The translations under genes were made by a program, and so were the position numbers. Source: an uncultured Planctomycetota bacterium (GTDB taxonomy: Bacteria > Planctomycetota > Planctomycetia > Pirellulales > Lacipirellulaceae). From it: a DNA stretch of 64,000 bases. The notes under the pieces were generated by a model. The model was not told the DNA's origin. It made no database searches and was given only the letters and a program-made list of their open reading frames with translations. Within the stretch, counting starts at the first letter, position 1. The number at the start of each line of letters is the position of its first letter. The stretch lies in assembly GCA_963719315.1 (NCBI GenBank), contig CAVRBU010000017.1, positions 96,001 to 160,000 on the forward strand, read 5' to 3'. Positions 1 through 9,383 of this stretch are shown here, piece after piece.

Positions 1-13
1 AAGCGGGACCTAC
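1..13 (-). repeat. Partial GTAG-type REP palindrome (family D), cut by the window edge
   Basis: aagcgggacctac matches the copies at 5546-5574 and 63467-63493; its GTAG directly follows the TAA stop of the first ORF. Confidence 0.75.
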
Positions 14-1042
14 TTATTCGTTTTCCAACCGCACGAACTGCCAGCGTTGTTCGCCGCCGGGTAGTTGCACCGTCAATGAGCCGTAGGGCTGAAGCAGCCG
101 CACGATGCTTGCACGGAACCGGACGTTTTGGTTTTGGTTCAAGGACCATTCGGCGCGCTGCGTTTGCCGCTGGATTACACCGGAGACGCTGTGGTCGGAG
201 TCGGTAATCATGTCGAAGTAATTACCGTTGATGCGGCCGCGACGATCGACGGCCAATTGCAGTACGCGCGTACCGACATCGTCGGGGCCCGCCATCAGGG
301 AATACACGCCGAGCGGATACCAGTCGCCGTACAGCGATGGATCGAAGCGGGGTCCGTTGTTGTACCCGACCTGATATTGCTGCGGCACATTGCCCCAACC
401 GAGCCAGGAGTACACGCCAGGGACCGTCGCGACCACCCACACATTCGACTTGTTGCTGTTGTACCTCCACGCCCGCGGGTGATCGTTGTACCATTCCGAG
501 CTGAATGGCTTCTTATTGTTGCCAAAGACCTGACTCCAGTTGTCGATCTTGCGGGAGCCTTGCCAGTGGTCGCCCTTCCAGTAGCCGATTTTCTTGTTCG
601 CCGGCTGGGCCAGGCCTGAGCCATTGGTGCCGATGACTACTGGTTGATTGGAGCCCTTGTTGGGAAATCCCTGCTGACCGGGCACAAAGACCTTTTTGGA
701 GCCGCTCTGACCTGGGTTGTTCTGGCCCTGACCGTCCTTCTTGTTTTTCTTGTTCGGATCGTTTTGGTTCTTGCCGCCTGGAATGAACGGCTGGAGCTGA
801 GGATTTCCGGACTTGTTCGAGTTTCCGTTGGAGTTGTTTTGGTTGTTGTTGCTATTGCCGTTATTGTTGCCGCTGTTGCTGTTCTGGTCCTTCTTTTCTT
901 TCTTATCCTGTTTGTCGTTGTCGTTTTGGTTCGAGCCGCCGCCAATTCTGATTCGCTGCCCAAACGCCGTTTGGGAATTGGACATCGTGACGACCAACCC
1001 CGCCGACAACAGCACGACCAACATCCGATTTGTCTTGTTCAT
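14..1042 (-). CDS. Planctomycete secreted protein ('mu-protocadherin-like' family) with an N/G/Q/K-rich low-complexity N-terminus
   Basis: Start chosen at MNKTNRMLVVLL (signal peptide). C-terminal WYPLGVYSL...LQLAVDRRGRINGNYFD motif is typical of this family. Confidence 0.7.
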   Translation of the reverse strand: MNKTNRMLVVLLSAGLVVTMSNSQTAFGQRIRIGGGSNQNDNDKQDKKEKKDQNSNSGNNNGNSNNNQNNSNGNSNKSGNPQLQPFIPGGKNQNDPNKKNKKDGQGQNNPGQSGSKKVFVPGQQGFPNKGSNQPVVIGTNGSGLAQPANKKIGYWKGDHWQGSRKIDNWSQVFGNNKKPFSSEWYNDHPRAWRYNSNKSNVWVVATVPGVYSWLGWGNVPQQYQVGYNNGPRFDPSLYGDWYPLGVYSLMAGPDDVGTRVLQLAVDRRGRINGNYFDMITDSDHSVSGVIQRQTQRAEWSLNQNQNVRFRASIVRLLQPYGSLTVQLPGGEQRWQFVRLENE

Positions 1043-1298
1043 GACGATTCCCCTTATGATCGAGCGAAGAGAACGACCTGCCGGGCGCAGGCCGGGCGCC
1101 GTCCAACGCCGCACGCCTCCCATGAATTAAGCAGATACCGTGCCAGTGAAGCTGTCAAGCAGCGATACTTGGTCGCTTAATTTGTAGTGGGCAAATTCCG
1201 TGTGCTGTAACTGGTGGGTTGTTCGAATAGTACTTTCCGAATACTGTGTCAACGGTTGACGGTAATTCGGCGGCGGCACGCGGGGCGTGCCTGCTACC

Positions 1299-2708
1299 TT
1301 ACGCAGGCTGCGGCCGCCCGGCGGAGAGCCGCTGCAAAATCGGCGTGGTCGTCATAGTCGTGGTGAGGGCCATAATGACCATCATCGCGAACAAGGCCGG
1401 CGAAATGACACCCATCTGCAGGCCGATGTTGAGAACGATCAATTCCATTAGCCCGCGCGTGTTCATCAGCACCCCCAGCGCTGTCGACGTGTGCCAACTC
1501 AAGCCCGTGAACCGCGCGGCCGCGAACGTGCCGCCAAATTTACCGAGCGTGGCCACAAGAACGATCACGCACGTAAAGCCCCAGGCCTGCCAACCGGATA
1601 CGAGTCCGATCTCCGTCCGCATGCCGGTGTAGGCAAAAAACGCTGGCAGTAGCAGAATCTTCACGATGTCTTCTAATTTGTGGCGAAAGTCGACCGCCAC
1701 GTCAGCGTCGTGCGGGATGATCGCCCCCAGCAAAAACGCGCCGAAGATCGCGTGAATGCCGATCCACTCGGCCGTCATTGCAGAAAACAGCAGGGCCACC
1801 AACACCCAGACCGCCATGCGGTGTTGCGGCGCATCGGAATCGTGCCCTAGAAAGCGAATCGCGAGCGGCCGCACGACGATCAGCATGATCGCGATGTAGC
1901 CAATGGCGTACAAAATCGTTTGCGCCGCGCCGCCGATCTCCGCCTGCGCCACGCCCACGACAAACGCCAACAGGCACCACGCAGTCACGTCGTCGATCGC
2001 CGCGCAGCTGAGCGCGATAACGCCTAACTCGGTATTCTCCATACCCCGATCGGTGAGAATTCTAGCCAGCACTGGAAACGCGGTGATCGACATTGCGATC
2101 CCCATGAATAGTGCAAAGCTAATGAATGGCGTGCCCGGCGGCGCGAGGTAGGGAAACATCCAGAGGGAGAGAATCGCACCCAGCAAAAAAGGGACCAGAA
2201 TGCTTGTGTGCGAAATTGCAACCGTCGAATGCGCCCGTGAGCGTATCAGTCCGGCGTTGAGTTCCAAGCCGACGAGGAACATGTACAAGATCACGCCGAT
2301 TTCCGCGATGATTCGCAAGTATGGCCCGACGTCCTCCGGCAACACAAAGTGTTGGGCCGCCGGCCAAATTTGACCCAGCAGCGAGGGACCGAGCATGATC
2401 CCCGCCACGATCTCGCCGATCACGCGCGGCTGACCGAAGTAGACGAACAACTTTCCGATCCACCTTCCAAGCAGCAAGATCGAAACTAACGCCAACAGCA
2501 CGTGATACAAAGCGCTGAGCTTGTGCGGTTCGCCAATATTGTTCGCCGACTCTGCACCCACCGCGGTCGGCGCCAGACTTTGCCCGTACGCAAGGACGGC
2601 CAGGATCAACCCGATGATGACAACCGCCACGACCAGGTAGCCCACGGCTACCCGCCAAGGCGACCAATTGGAAGAATCGGCTGCCATGCTGGATTCGTTG
2701 GTGCGCAT
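1299..2708 (-). CDS. Cation:proton antiporter (CPA2/Kef-type)
   Basis: GQPRVIGEIVAGIMLGPSLLG, SITAFPVLARIL and LMNTRGLMELIVL motifs; multiple TM helices. Confidence 0.93.
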   Translation of the reverse strand: MRTNESSMAADSSNWSPWRVAVGYLVVAVVIIGLILAVLAYGQSLAPTAVGAESANNIGEPHKLSALYHVLLALVSILLLGRWIGKLFVYFGQPRVIGEIVAGIMLGPSLLGQIWPAAQHFVLPEDVGPYLRIIAEIGVILYMFLVGLELNAGLIRSRAHSTVAISHTSILVPFLLGAILSLWMFPYLAPPGTPFISFALFMGIAMSITAFPVLARILTDRGMENTELGVIALSCAAIDDVTAWCLLAFVVGVAQAEIGGAAQTILYAIGYIAIMLIVVRPLAIRFLGHDSDAPQHRMAVWVLVALLFSAMTAEWIGIHAIFGAFLLGAIIPHDADVAVDFRHKLEDIVKILLLPAFFAYTGMRTEIGLVSGWQAWGFTCVIVLVATLGKFGGTFAAARFTGLSWHTSTALGVLMNTRGLMELIVLNIGLQMGVISPALFAMMVIMALTTTMTTTPILQRLSAGRPQPA

Positions 2709-2823
2709 GTTCGGGGCCCATAGGACGGCCCGAATTGTCCCGCTGAGGGCGGAAAATGGTCAAGATCAGCCGGCGTAGACATCTGGCTCCGCAAGACGTT
2801 GATCCGCTCCCGGAGCGAGCGGC

Positions 2824-3825
2824 CTACATACATTCCCAGCCGCTTGTTTCAGCGCTGGTGAACACTCGTTCGATTACACGCATGTTCGCCACGGCATCTT
2901 CCAGCGGGGTCGGTACCGGTTGATTCTCCAGAATCGCGCGGCCGAACGCATCGGCTTGCAGCGTGTATTGATTGCAGACATCCAGTTTGATTTCTTCCAC
3001 GCGGTCGGCCACCGGCCCGCTCGTTTGCAGCCATAATCGGCAGGGCCGATCGGACGGCGCGTTGAATGGAATCTCGATTTCGATGCGGCCGGTCGTGCCA
3101 AAGATGTTGACGCGCTGAAACGGCGCATGTTTCGTGCCGCACGTGAACGTGGATGTGCCCGATTCGAATTCCAATACGGCCGATGTGAGGCAGTCAACTT
3201 GCGTTTCAAAATCGAAATGGAGATCTCCCAGAACACGGAATGGCTCCTCCCCAAAAACAAACCGCGAGAGAGAGATCGGGTAGCAGCCGATATCCATGAG
3301 CGCCCCGCCACCCAGCTCAGCCTGATTCCGGATATTCCGCGGGTCGTCGTTAAAGTAGGAAAAGTCGGTGTGGATCGTGCGCAGCTCTCCGATCCGCCCA
3401 TCGCGTACCAGTTGCCGGGCTTTGATCCACTGCGGATGAAAGCGGTACATGAACGCTTCCATCACTTTCAACCGCGGATGTGCGTTGGCGGCTTCCAGCA
3501 ATTGCTGCGCTTCGGCCAGAGAAAGGCCGATCGGTTTTTCACAGAGCACGTGCTTGCCGGCTTCGATCGCCCGCAACGACCAAGGCACGTGCAAGTGGTT
3601 GGGCAGAGGAATGTAAACGGCGTCAATCTCGGCATCGGCAAGTAACGCATCATACGAACCAAACGCCTTCTCGACGCCTAATTGATTCGCGACGGACTTT
3701 GCGAGCGCGAGTTCGCGCGACGCGATCGCCGTCACGATGCCGGTTTGACTCGCCTGCGTCGCCGGAATGACTTTTTCGCGAGCAATTTTGGCAGTGCCCA
3801 AAACGCCCCAACGGACCTTGTTCAT
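2824..3825 (-). CDS. Gfo/Idh/MocA family oxidoreductase
   Basis: VRWGVLGTAKIA, YIPLPNHLH, GKHVLCEKP, GGGALMDIGCY. Confidence 0.95.
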   Translation of the reverse strand: MNKVRWGVLGTAKIAREKVIPATQASQTGIVTAIASRELALAKSVANQLGVEKAFGSYDALLADAEIDAVYIPLPNHLHVPWSLRAIEAGKHVLCEKPIGLSLAEAQQLLEAANAHPRLKVMEAFMYRFHPQWIKARQLVRDGRIGELRTIHTDFSYFNDDPRNIRNQAELGGGALMDIGCYPISLSRFVFGEEPFRVLGDLHFDFETQVDCLTSAVLEFESGTSTFTCGTKHAPFQRVNIFGTTGRIEIEIPFNAPSDRPCRLWLQTSGPVADRVEEIKLDVCNQYTLQADAFGRAILENQPVPTPLEDAVANMRVIERVFTSAETSGWECM

Positions 3826-3930
3826 GCTGTATCGATTCGGTTGCAGGCCCAACGGCCCAGAAATTCAAAGCCGGGGGGTGAGCCATCCAGGGGCTCCCGC
3901 CCCTGGCTATTTACTGTCGCCGCCGTTATG

Positions 3931-5349
3931 CTACAAGCACCGCAAGTATGCCACCAAGTTGCTCTTTTCTTCTCCGGTGAGCTTCAGCGTCAGCACTACG
4001 TTGAAGAACTCCACCGTGTCGTCGAGGGTCAACAGGCGGCCGTCGTGATGGTAGGGCGGCGAATCCTTGATGCCTCGCAGCGTGAAGGTTTTGATCGGGC
4101 CGTCTTGCATATTGCGCTGTCCGTTGATCGTCTCGATCGTGTAGAACCGCTCCAGATGCAGGTCGTGCATCTTGTCATCGGTGAAGAATGGGGGTTTGTG
4201 GCACTCGATGCACTTTCCCTTGCCGTTAAAGATTTTCTCGCCGGCCAGCTCTTGCGGCGTGGCCTTTTCGGGAATCAGGTGGCCGAACAAGTCCAGCTTC
4301 GGAGCCGGCGGGAAGTCGAACATGTTCTGCATTTGGGCCATCATCGCCACCTGGGCCGAGCGCTCCGGCAGAAACACGCCCTTCTTGGCGGCAGTCACCT
4401 GGTCGCCGTCGAAATAGGCTGTCCGTTGCTCGAATTCGCTAAAGTCCTCGATGGAACGCAGCGACCGCTTGGAGCCGTGAATCTGCTGGTTGAACATGCC
4501 GCGCAGACTTACCGTTTCGATCCGCAGCCGATCTTCTTGCGGCCGCGTGTCCGGGTTCAAATGAAACGTGCCGTTGGTGTGTCCGTTCACGTGACAATCC
4601 AAGCACGTCACTCCGAGTTGTGGATCGTGGACCTTGCGATCTTCGGTCTGGTTGAATTGCTGCTGGGGCTGCGGCGTTAGAAGCAACCGCATGCCTTCCA
4701 TTTGCACCGGCGTCACCTTGCCATAGAGAATTTTGTAGTAATTCTTGATCGTCAGCACCTCGCCCTGCGTCACATCGCCCAAGTCGGGCCGGCTGGTCAG
4801 GAACATCGGCGGCGGAAACTCCGGCGTGAACTGATCCGGAATATCGAACTCCACGTCGAACCGCTTCAAATCGCGGCTTTCCGCTTTTTGGATGGCGTCG
4901 ATTTGCTTTTGCGGAAACACCATGCCGCCGGTGACGTGCTTCGCATGCGGTAGCGGCCGGAAGCCCATTGGAAATGCGTTCTGCTGCTTGATCTGTTCAG
5001 GCGACATGTTGCCGAGCTTGTCCCATGTCATGCCGCTGGGCAGTTTCACCCGCACGCCCTGCTGCACCGCCTTCCGCTTGCCCGACATCTGCACATTCGA
5101 CGGATTGTCGCGGAGATCGTATCGCATTTCGAGCAGCTCCTTCTGGTCGCTCATCACCTTGTCCTTGTCGGCCGAATCCTGTTGAAAAACCTCGTCGAAC
5201 GATTTCGTGGGCATCACGGGCATGTAGGTCTGGTCCACCGGGGCGGCAGCAGTGGCGGGCTGGCCGGCGAACAGGACGGCCGCGACCATTGCTGCCAACC
5301 CCGTCAGGAAATACTGCGAATACTGGAACCTAAGAAATAAGCGGGTCAT
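3931..5349 (-). CDS. Exported di-heme cytochrome c (CCP/MauG superfamily)
   Basis: Signal peptide, two CxxCH motifs (CLDCH, CIECH), TFTLRGIKDSPPYHHDGRL motif. Confidence 0.85.
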   Translation of the reverse strand: MTRLFLRFQYSQYFLTGLAAMVAAVLFAGQPATAAAPVDQTYMPVMPTKSFDEVFQQDSADKDKVMSDQKELLEMRYDLRDNPSNVQMSGKRKAVQQGVRVKLPSGMTWDKLGNMSPEQIKQQNAFPMGFRPLPHAKHVTGGMVFPQKQIDAIQKAESRDLKRFDVEFDIPDQFTPEFPPPMFLTSRPDLGDVTQGEVLTIKNYYKILYGKVTPVQMEGMRLLLTPQPQQQFNQTEDRKVHDPQLGVTCLDCHVNGHTNGTFHLNPDTRPQEDRLRIETVSLRGMFNQQIHGSKRSLRSIEDFSEFEQRTAYFDGDQVTAAKKGVFLPERSAQVAMMAQMQNMFDFPPAPKLDLFGHLIPEKATPQELAGEKIFNGKGKCIECHKPPFFTDDKMHDLHLERFYTIETINGQRNMQDGPIKTFTLRGIKDSPPYHHDGRLLTLDDTVEFFNVVLTLKLTGEEKSNLVAYLRCL

Positions 5350-5545
5350 CGTGTTACCTTTTGGCAAATTTAGTTGGCAAAACCTTGTGAATGGCTTTTC
5401 GTAGAAAATGTATAGTCTCGTTTTCTTTCGCACTCAGCAATAAGCAGCAAAACGTATGCCGCGCAGGGGACTTTGTACACAGAGTCTTGATAGACCCCAT
5501 TTGCCGAAAGGGGCGTTCGCAAATTCACAAAATTGTAATGCAAAT

Positions 5546-5574
5546 GCAGGTCCCGCTCGGCAAGCGGGACCTAC
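5546..5574 (-). repeat. GTAG-type REP palindrome (family D)
   Basis: gcaggtcccgctcggcaagcgggacctac, an imperfect palindrome; three copies in the window. Confidence 0.8.
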
Positions 5575-5715
5575 TTTTGGGCAAAGCCCAGTGGATCAAT
5601 GGAAGCCCGCCCTAGCTTCCGCTGTTTGGTTGACAGCGAAACAATCAGCTTGGTCGCGTATAATGTGGCGGTTCGACTGCTCACTAATTCTGTTTTTACC
5701 ATTATCAAGAACGTC

Positions 5716-7383
5716 ATGGCGATATCCCACGAACCCGATCTCTCGATTGGCGAATACCTCATTCGTCGGCTCCAGGACTACGGCATTAGCGATGTGTTCG
5801 GGATCCCGGGCGATTACGTCCTGTCGTTCTACACGATGCTCGAAGAAAGTCCGCTGCGGGTGATCGGCTGCACGCGCGAAGATTGCGCCGGCTTCGCGGC
5901 CGACGCCTACGCCCGCGTGCACGGCATGGGAGCGCTGTGCGTTACGTACTGCGTCGGCGGCCTGAGCGTGTGCAACTCGATCGCCGGTGCGTATGCCGAG
6001 AAGTCACCCGTGGTGATGATCACCGGTTCGCCCGGCATTCGCGAGCGCGTGCACAATCCCTTGCTGCACCACATGGTCCGCAATTTTCGCACGCAGTACG
6101 ACGTGTTCGAAAAACTAACCGTCGCGGGCACTGAGCTGAGCGATCCTCAAACAGCGTTTAGCGAAATCGATCGCGTTCTGGCGACGTGCGCCCGTTTCAA
6201 GCGGCCTGTCTACATCGAAATCCTGCGCGACATGGTGCACGTGCGGCCCGAAATGTCGCCATCGTACAAGCAGTTGGAATTGCGCAGCGACACGCGGGCG
6301 CTGGCCGAGGCGATCGACGAAACCGTCAAGCGCATCCAAAACGCCCGGCAGCCCGTGCTGCTGCTGGGCGTCGAAATCCACCGCTTCGGTTTGCAAGAGG
6401 ATGCCGTGCGGCTGGCCGAAGCATCCGGCATTCCCATGGCCGCCACGACGCTTGGCAAGGGCGTCGTGTCGGAAACGCACCCGCAGTACATGGGCCTGTA
6501 TGAAGGCGCGCTGGGTCACGACGACGTCACCAAGTACGTTGAGGCCAGCGATTGCGTGCTGATGCTCGGAACGTTCATGACCGATATCAATCTCGGCATC
6601 TACACGGCCGAGCTTGACTTGGGCGACTGCATCTACGTCACCAGCGAAGATTGCCGCGTGCGATATCACCACTATCACGACGTCCAGTTGACGGATTTCG
6701 TGCGGGCGCTCGCCGCCCGCAACCCGCGGCCTAACAGCCCGCCGCCCCCGGCGCCGAGGGGCTTTTCAAAGGAGCCGTTTACGCTTCGTCCGAACGATCG
6801 CATCACCGTAACGCGGCTCATCGACCGGCTCGATGAGCAGCTTGCGGATGGGACCGTCGTCATTGCGGACGTGGGCGATGCCCTGTTTGGCGCGACCGAG
6901 CTCACCACCCGCGGCAAAACCGAGTTCATCAGCCCGGCGTATTACACGTCGATGGGTTTCGCCGTGCCGGCCGCGCTGGGCGTCCATGTCGCGCGGCCCG
7001 ATGCGCGGGTCGTCGCGATCGTCGGCGACGGCGCGTTTCAAATGACGGGCCTGGAATTCTCTAACCTGGTGCGCAATAAGTTCCCGACCGTCGTCATCGT
7101 CCTCGATAACAAGGGCTACGGGACCGAACGTCTGCTGCACCCCGGCGACTGGAAATTCAACGACATCCCGCATTGGCAGTTTCACCGCCTGCCGGAGCTC
7201 GTTGGCGGCGGCAAAGGCTATCTCATCCGCACCGAAGGCGAGTTCGACCGGGCTCTTGAAGCCGCTTGGAAAGAGCGTGGCGCCCCCAGCATCCTGCAAG
7301 TCGTTATCGATCCTAAAGATTGCAGCCGAGCGCTCGCTCGCCTGGCTGAGAGGATGAGTAAAACGGTGGTGCAGAAGCTGTAA
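5716..7383 (+). CDS. TPP-dependent alpha-keto acid (indolepyruvate/phenylpyruvate) decarboxylase family
   Basis: FGIPGDY, AGFAADAYAR, VGDGAFQMTG...NKGYG TPP-binding motif. Confidence 0.92.
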   Translation: MAISHEPDLSIGEYLIRRLQDYGISDVFGIPGDYVLSFYTMLEESPLRVIGCTREDCAGFAADAYARVHGMGALCVTYCVGGLSVCNSIAGAYAEKSPVVMITGSPGIRERVHNPLLHHMVRNFRTQYDVFEKLTVAGTELSDPQTAFSEIDRVLATCARFKRPVYIEILRDMVHVRPEMSPSYKQLELRSDTRALAEAIDETVKRIQNARQPVLLLGVEIHRFGLQEDAVRLAEASGIPMAATTLGKGVVSETHPQYMGLYEGALGHDDVTKYVEASDCVLMLGTFMTDINLGIYTAELDLGDCIYVTSEDCRVRYHHYHDVQLTDFVRALAARNPRPNSPPPPAPRGFSKEPFTLRPNDRITVTRLIDRLDEQLADGTVVIADVGDALFGATELTTRGKTEFISPAYYTSMGFAVPAALGVHVARPDARVVAIVGDGAFQMTGLEFSNLVRNKFPTVVIVLDNKGYGTERLLHPGDWKFNDIPHWQFHRLPELVGGGKGYLIRTEGEFDRALEAAWKERGAPSILQVVIDPKDCSRALARLAERMSKTVVQKL

Positions 7384-7407
7384 GCGATTCGCCGCTACAA
7401 TGACGCC

Positions 7408-7953
7408 ATGAGTGCTTGGATGTATTTTTTGTGGGCCGTGCTACTCGTGGTGGGTAGTTGCGCGGCGTGGCTCACATCGCTCGTGACGCTGCCCGGCAAT
7501 TGGTTCATCGTTGGATTCGCGGCATTGTTCGCCTGGTTGATTCCCGTGGATGCTGGGCGCGGCGTTTCTTGGAACACAGTCGCCGTGCTTCTAGGCCTCG
7601 CGGTTGTCGGGGAGATCGTTGAGTTCGGTGCCGGGGCGGCCGGGGCGGCCAAGCATGGCGCGAGCAAGCGTGGCGTTGCGCTGTCGATGGTCGGGGCCCT
7701 CGTGGGCAGTATCCTCGGCCTCACCGCCGGGCTGCCGATTCCGGTGGTGGGATCGTTTTTCATGGCCCTCGTCGGGGGAGCTGCCGGCGCATTCTTCGGC
7801 GCGTACATTGGCGAAACGTGGAAAGGGCGTCCCGAGGAACATCGCGTGGCCGTCGGCCGCGGCGCGTTCGCCGGCCGCATCTGGGGTACGGTTGGCAAGT
7901 TGGCGGTCGGCGCGATCATGCTCGCGATTTTGGCGTGGGATGCGCTGTTCTAA
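7408..7953 (+). CDS. DUF456 family membrane protein
   Basis: LPGNW, GAAGAAKHGASKRG and Gly-rich TM segments with IPVVG...GAFFGAYIGE. Confidence 0.85.
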   Translation: MSAWMYFLWAVLLVVGSCAAWLTSLVTLPGNWFIVGFAALFAWLIPVDAGRGVSWNTVAVLLGLAVVGEIVEFGAGAAGAAKHGASKRGVALSMVGALVGSILGLTAGLPIPVVGSFFMALVGGAAGAFFGAYIGETWKGRPEEHRVAVGRGAFAGRIWGTVGKLAVGAIMLAILAWDALF

Positions 7954-7981
7954 CGACCAGCACCACCAAAATCGCGCTGCC

Positions 7982-8019
7982 AAAAAGACGCAGGCCCCGT
8001 TCAAGCGAGCGGGGCCTGC
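7982..8019 (-). terminator. Rho-independent terminator
   Basis: gcaggccccg/cggggcctgc stem followed by a T-tract on the minus strand, between convergent genes. Confidence 0.75.
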
Positions 8020-8044
8020 TGGAATCGCGCGAGGTTTGTCCAGG

Positions 8045-8146
8045 TTCAAGTGGTGGGCAGCATGCTCTCTCGCCGCTGCTGGTGAGGATGTCTCGGCCGA
8101 AACCATGCCTACGCCGCGGCGGCGAAGGCATGCCACAAATCAATTC
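8045..8146 (+). repeat. ~100-bp palindromic interspersed repeat, family A, copy 1
   Basis: Aligns with 33501-33607 (inverted) and 41446-41536; ends contain inverted tgggtggcatgc-like motifs. Confidence 0.8.
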
Positions 8147-8161
8147 GGCATGGCGCAAGCG

Positions 8162-8770
8162 CTAGGTCGTTTTGCCTTTGGTCATCTTCGTGAAGTGGCC
8201 AGCGACTCCGGCCGACTGCACGGCGCTCGCGATGTCGTTGGCGGTGACTTTGTCGTTGCCGTTGAGGCCGACGCGAAGCTCGCCCATCTTTACGTCCACG
8301 GTGGAGTGCTTGACGTCGACGCCCTTCACTTTTTCCAATTCAGCGAGCGCCGCCGTGCCGCTCTCCTTGGTGATGGGCGCATAGATGACGATTTGCAGCG
8401 TCGGCGCGGTCTGGCCCTTCGGCGTCGTGGCGCCGATCACCTTGCTCCATTGGTTGAGGTCCTCGGCCGGGTCAATTTCGGCCATGAGGTGCATTGGCCT
8501 GGCTTTGCCCGATGCCTTGCCTTCGTGAATCTTCGCTTGCAAGCCGTTGTTGGTGAGTGCCTTGGTGATTGCGGCGGATTGGGCGCTATCGGCCCCGAGA
8601 ACCTCGATCGTAACCCTTTGCTTACCGCTGGTCGCTGTGGAAGTATGGCGCGGCGTTTTCGCGTGCCTCGGGGACGTACCACCGATCGAACGTGGCGCGG
8701 CGAACGTTGCCGTCGCCAACAGTGAGCACGCGGCCAGCGCCAGAGTGGCGTAGAACATCGACTTCATCAT
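8162..8770 (-). CDS. Exported hypothetical protein with an HMA-like C-terminal region
   Basis: Signal peptide; LEKVKGV...VDVKMGELRV...VTANDIASAVQSAG resembles an HMA fold, but there is no CxxC. Confidence 0.65.
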   Translation of the reverse strand: MMKSMFYATLALAACSLLATATFAAPRSIGGTSPRHAKTPRHTSTATSGKQRVTIEVLGADSAQSAAITKALTNNGLQAKIHEGKASGKARPMHLMAEIDPAEDLNQWSKVIGATTPKGQTAPTLQIVIYAPITKESGTAALAELEKVKGVDVKHSTVDVKMGELRVGLNGNDKVTANDIASAVQSAGVAGHFTKMTKGKTT

Positions 8771-9383
8771 GACCTTCTCCTTTGCTAAAAAAATGGGACA
8801 AACAGGTCGTCGCCGGCCTGACCGAATCGAACCATTGCGCCGAGCGAGATCGTTGCGCCGGCGGGTAAGGCCGCTATTTCAGCAGCGGCATGGGGGCGGG
8901 GGAACAAAGGGAGGCGAGCCGGGGAACGGGGCTGTGTTCCAGGGCCGACTCGCTTCCGGTGGGGGCGACCGGTCTTGGATAGACCGGCAACGCTTGCTTA
9001 TTTACGCGCGGCGAGGCGATGAAGTTCTGCGAAATCCGGCGACTTTTTCGAAAATATGCTTCCAAGCACCATGAGCCCCCAATACGTCGCGCTCAGCATT
9101 TACAGAACAAAACTCAGCTATTTTCGCAAGTAGTTTGGGCCGCTGCCCATCGGTCGTTCCGGCAAGCTATGCGGGCGGTAACGATTGTGCCCATGCGCCG
9201 TCGCCGCTTTTGCGGGCTGTGCGGGTGAAAGCACCGGCGGTGCGGCCGGATGGGCCGGTTTTGCTGGTTGTCGGCCTCGCGGACGGTCGAATTCTGATTC
9301 TACGGATCGTTCGCAAAACGACGGCGGTAACGATTTGCCTGCAACCGGCGCCGCCCGACCGCGCGTCGCACCCTGGACAACGG

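Noticed and set aside
3682..4680. Long antisense/overlapping ORFs (e.g. 3682..4680, 7604..8725, 22495..23490, 25612..26757)
   Set aside because: Shadow ORFs of real genes, expected in high-GC DNA
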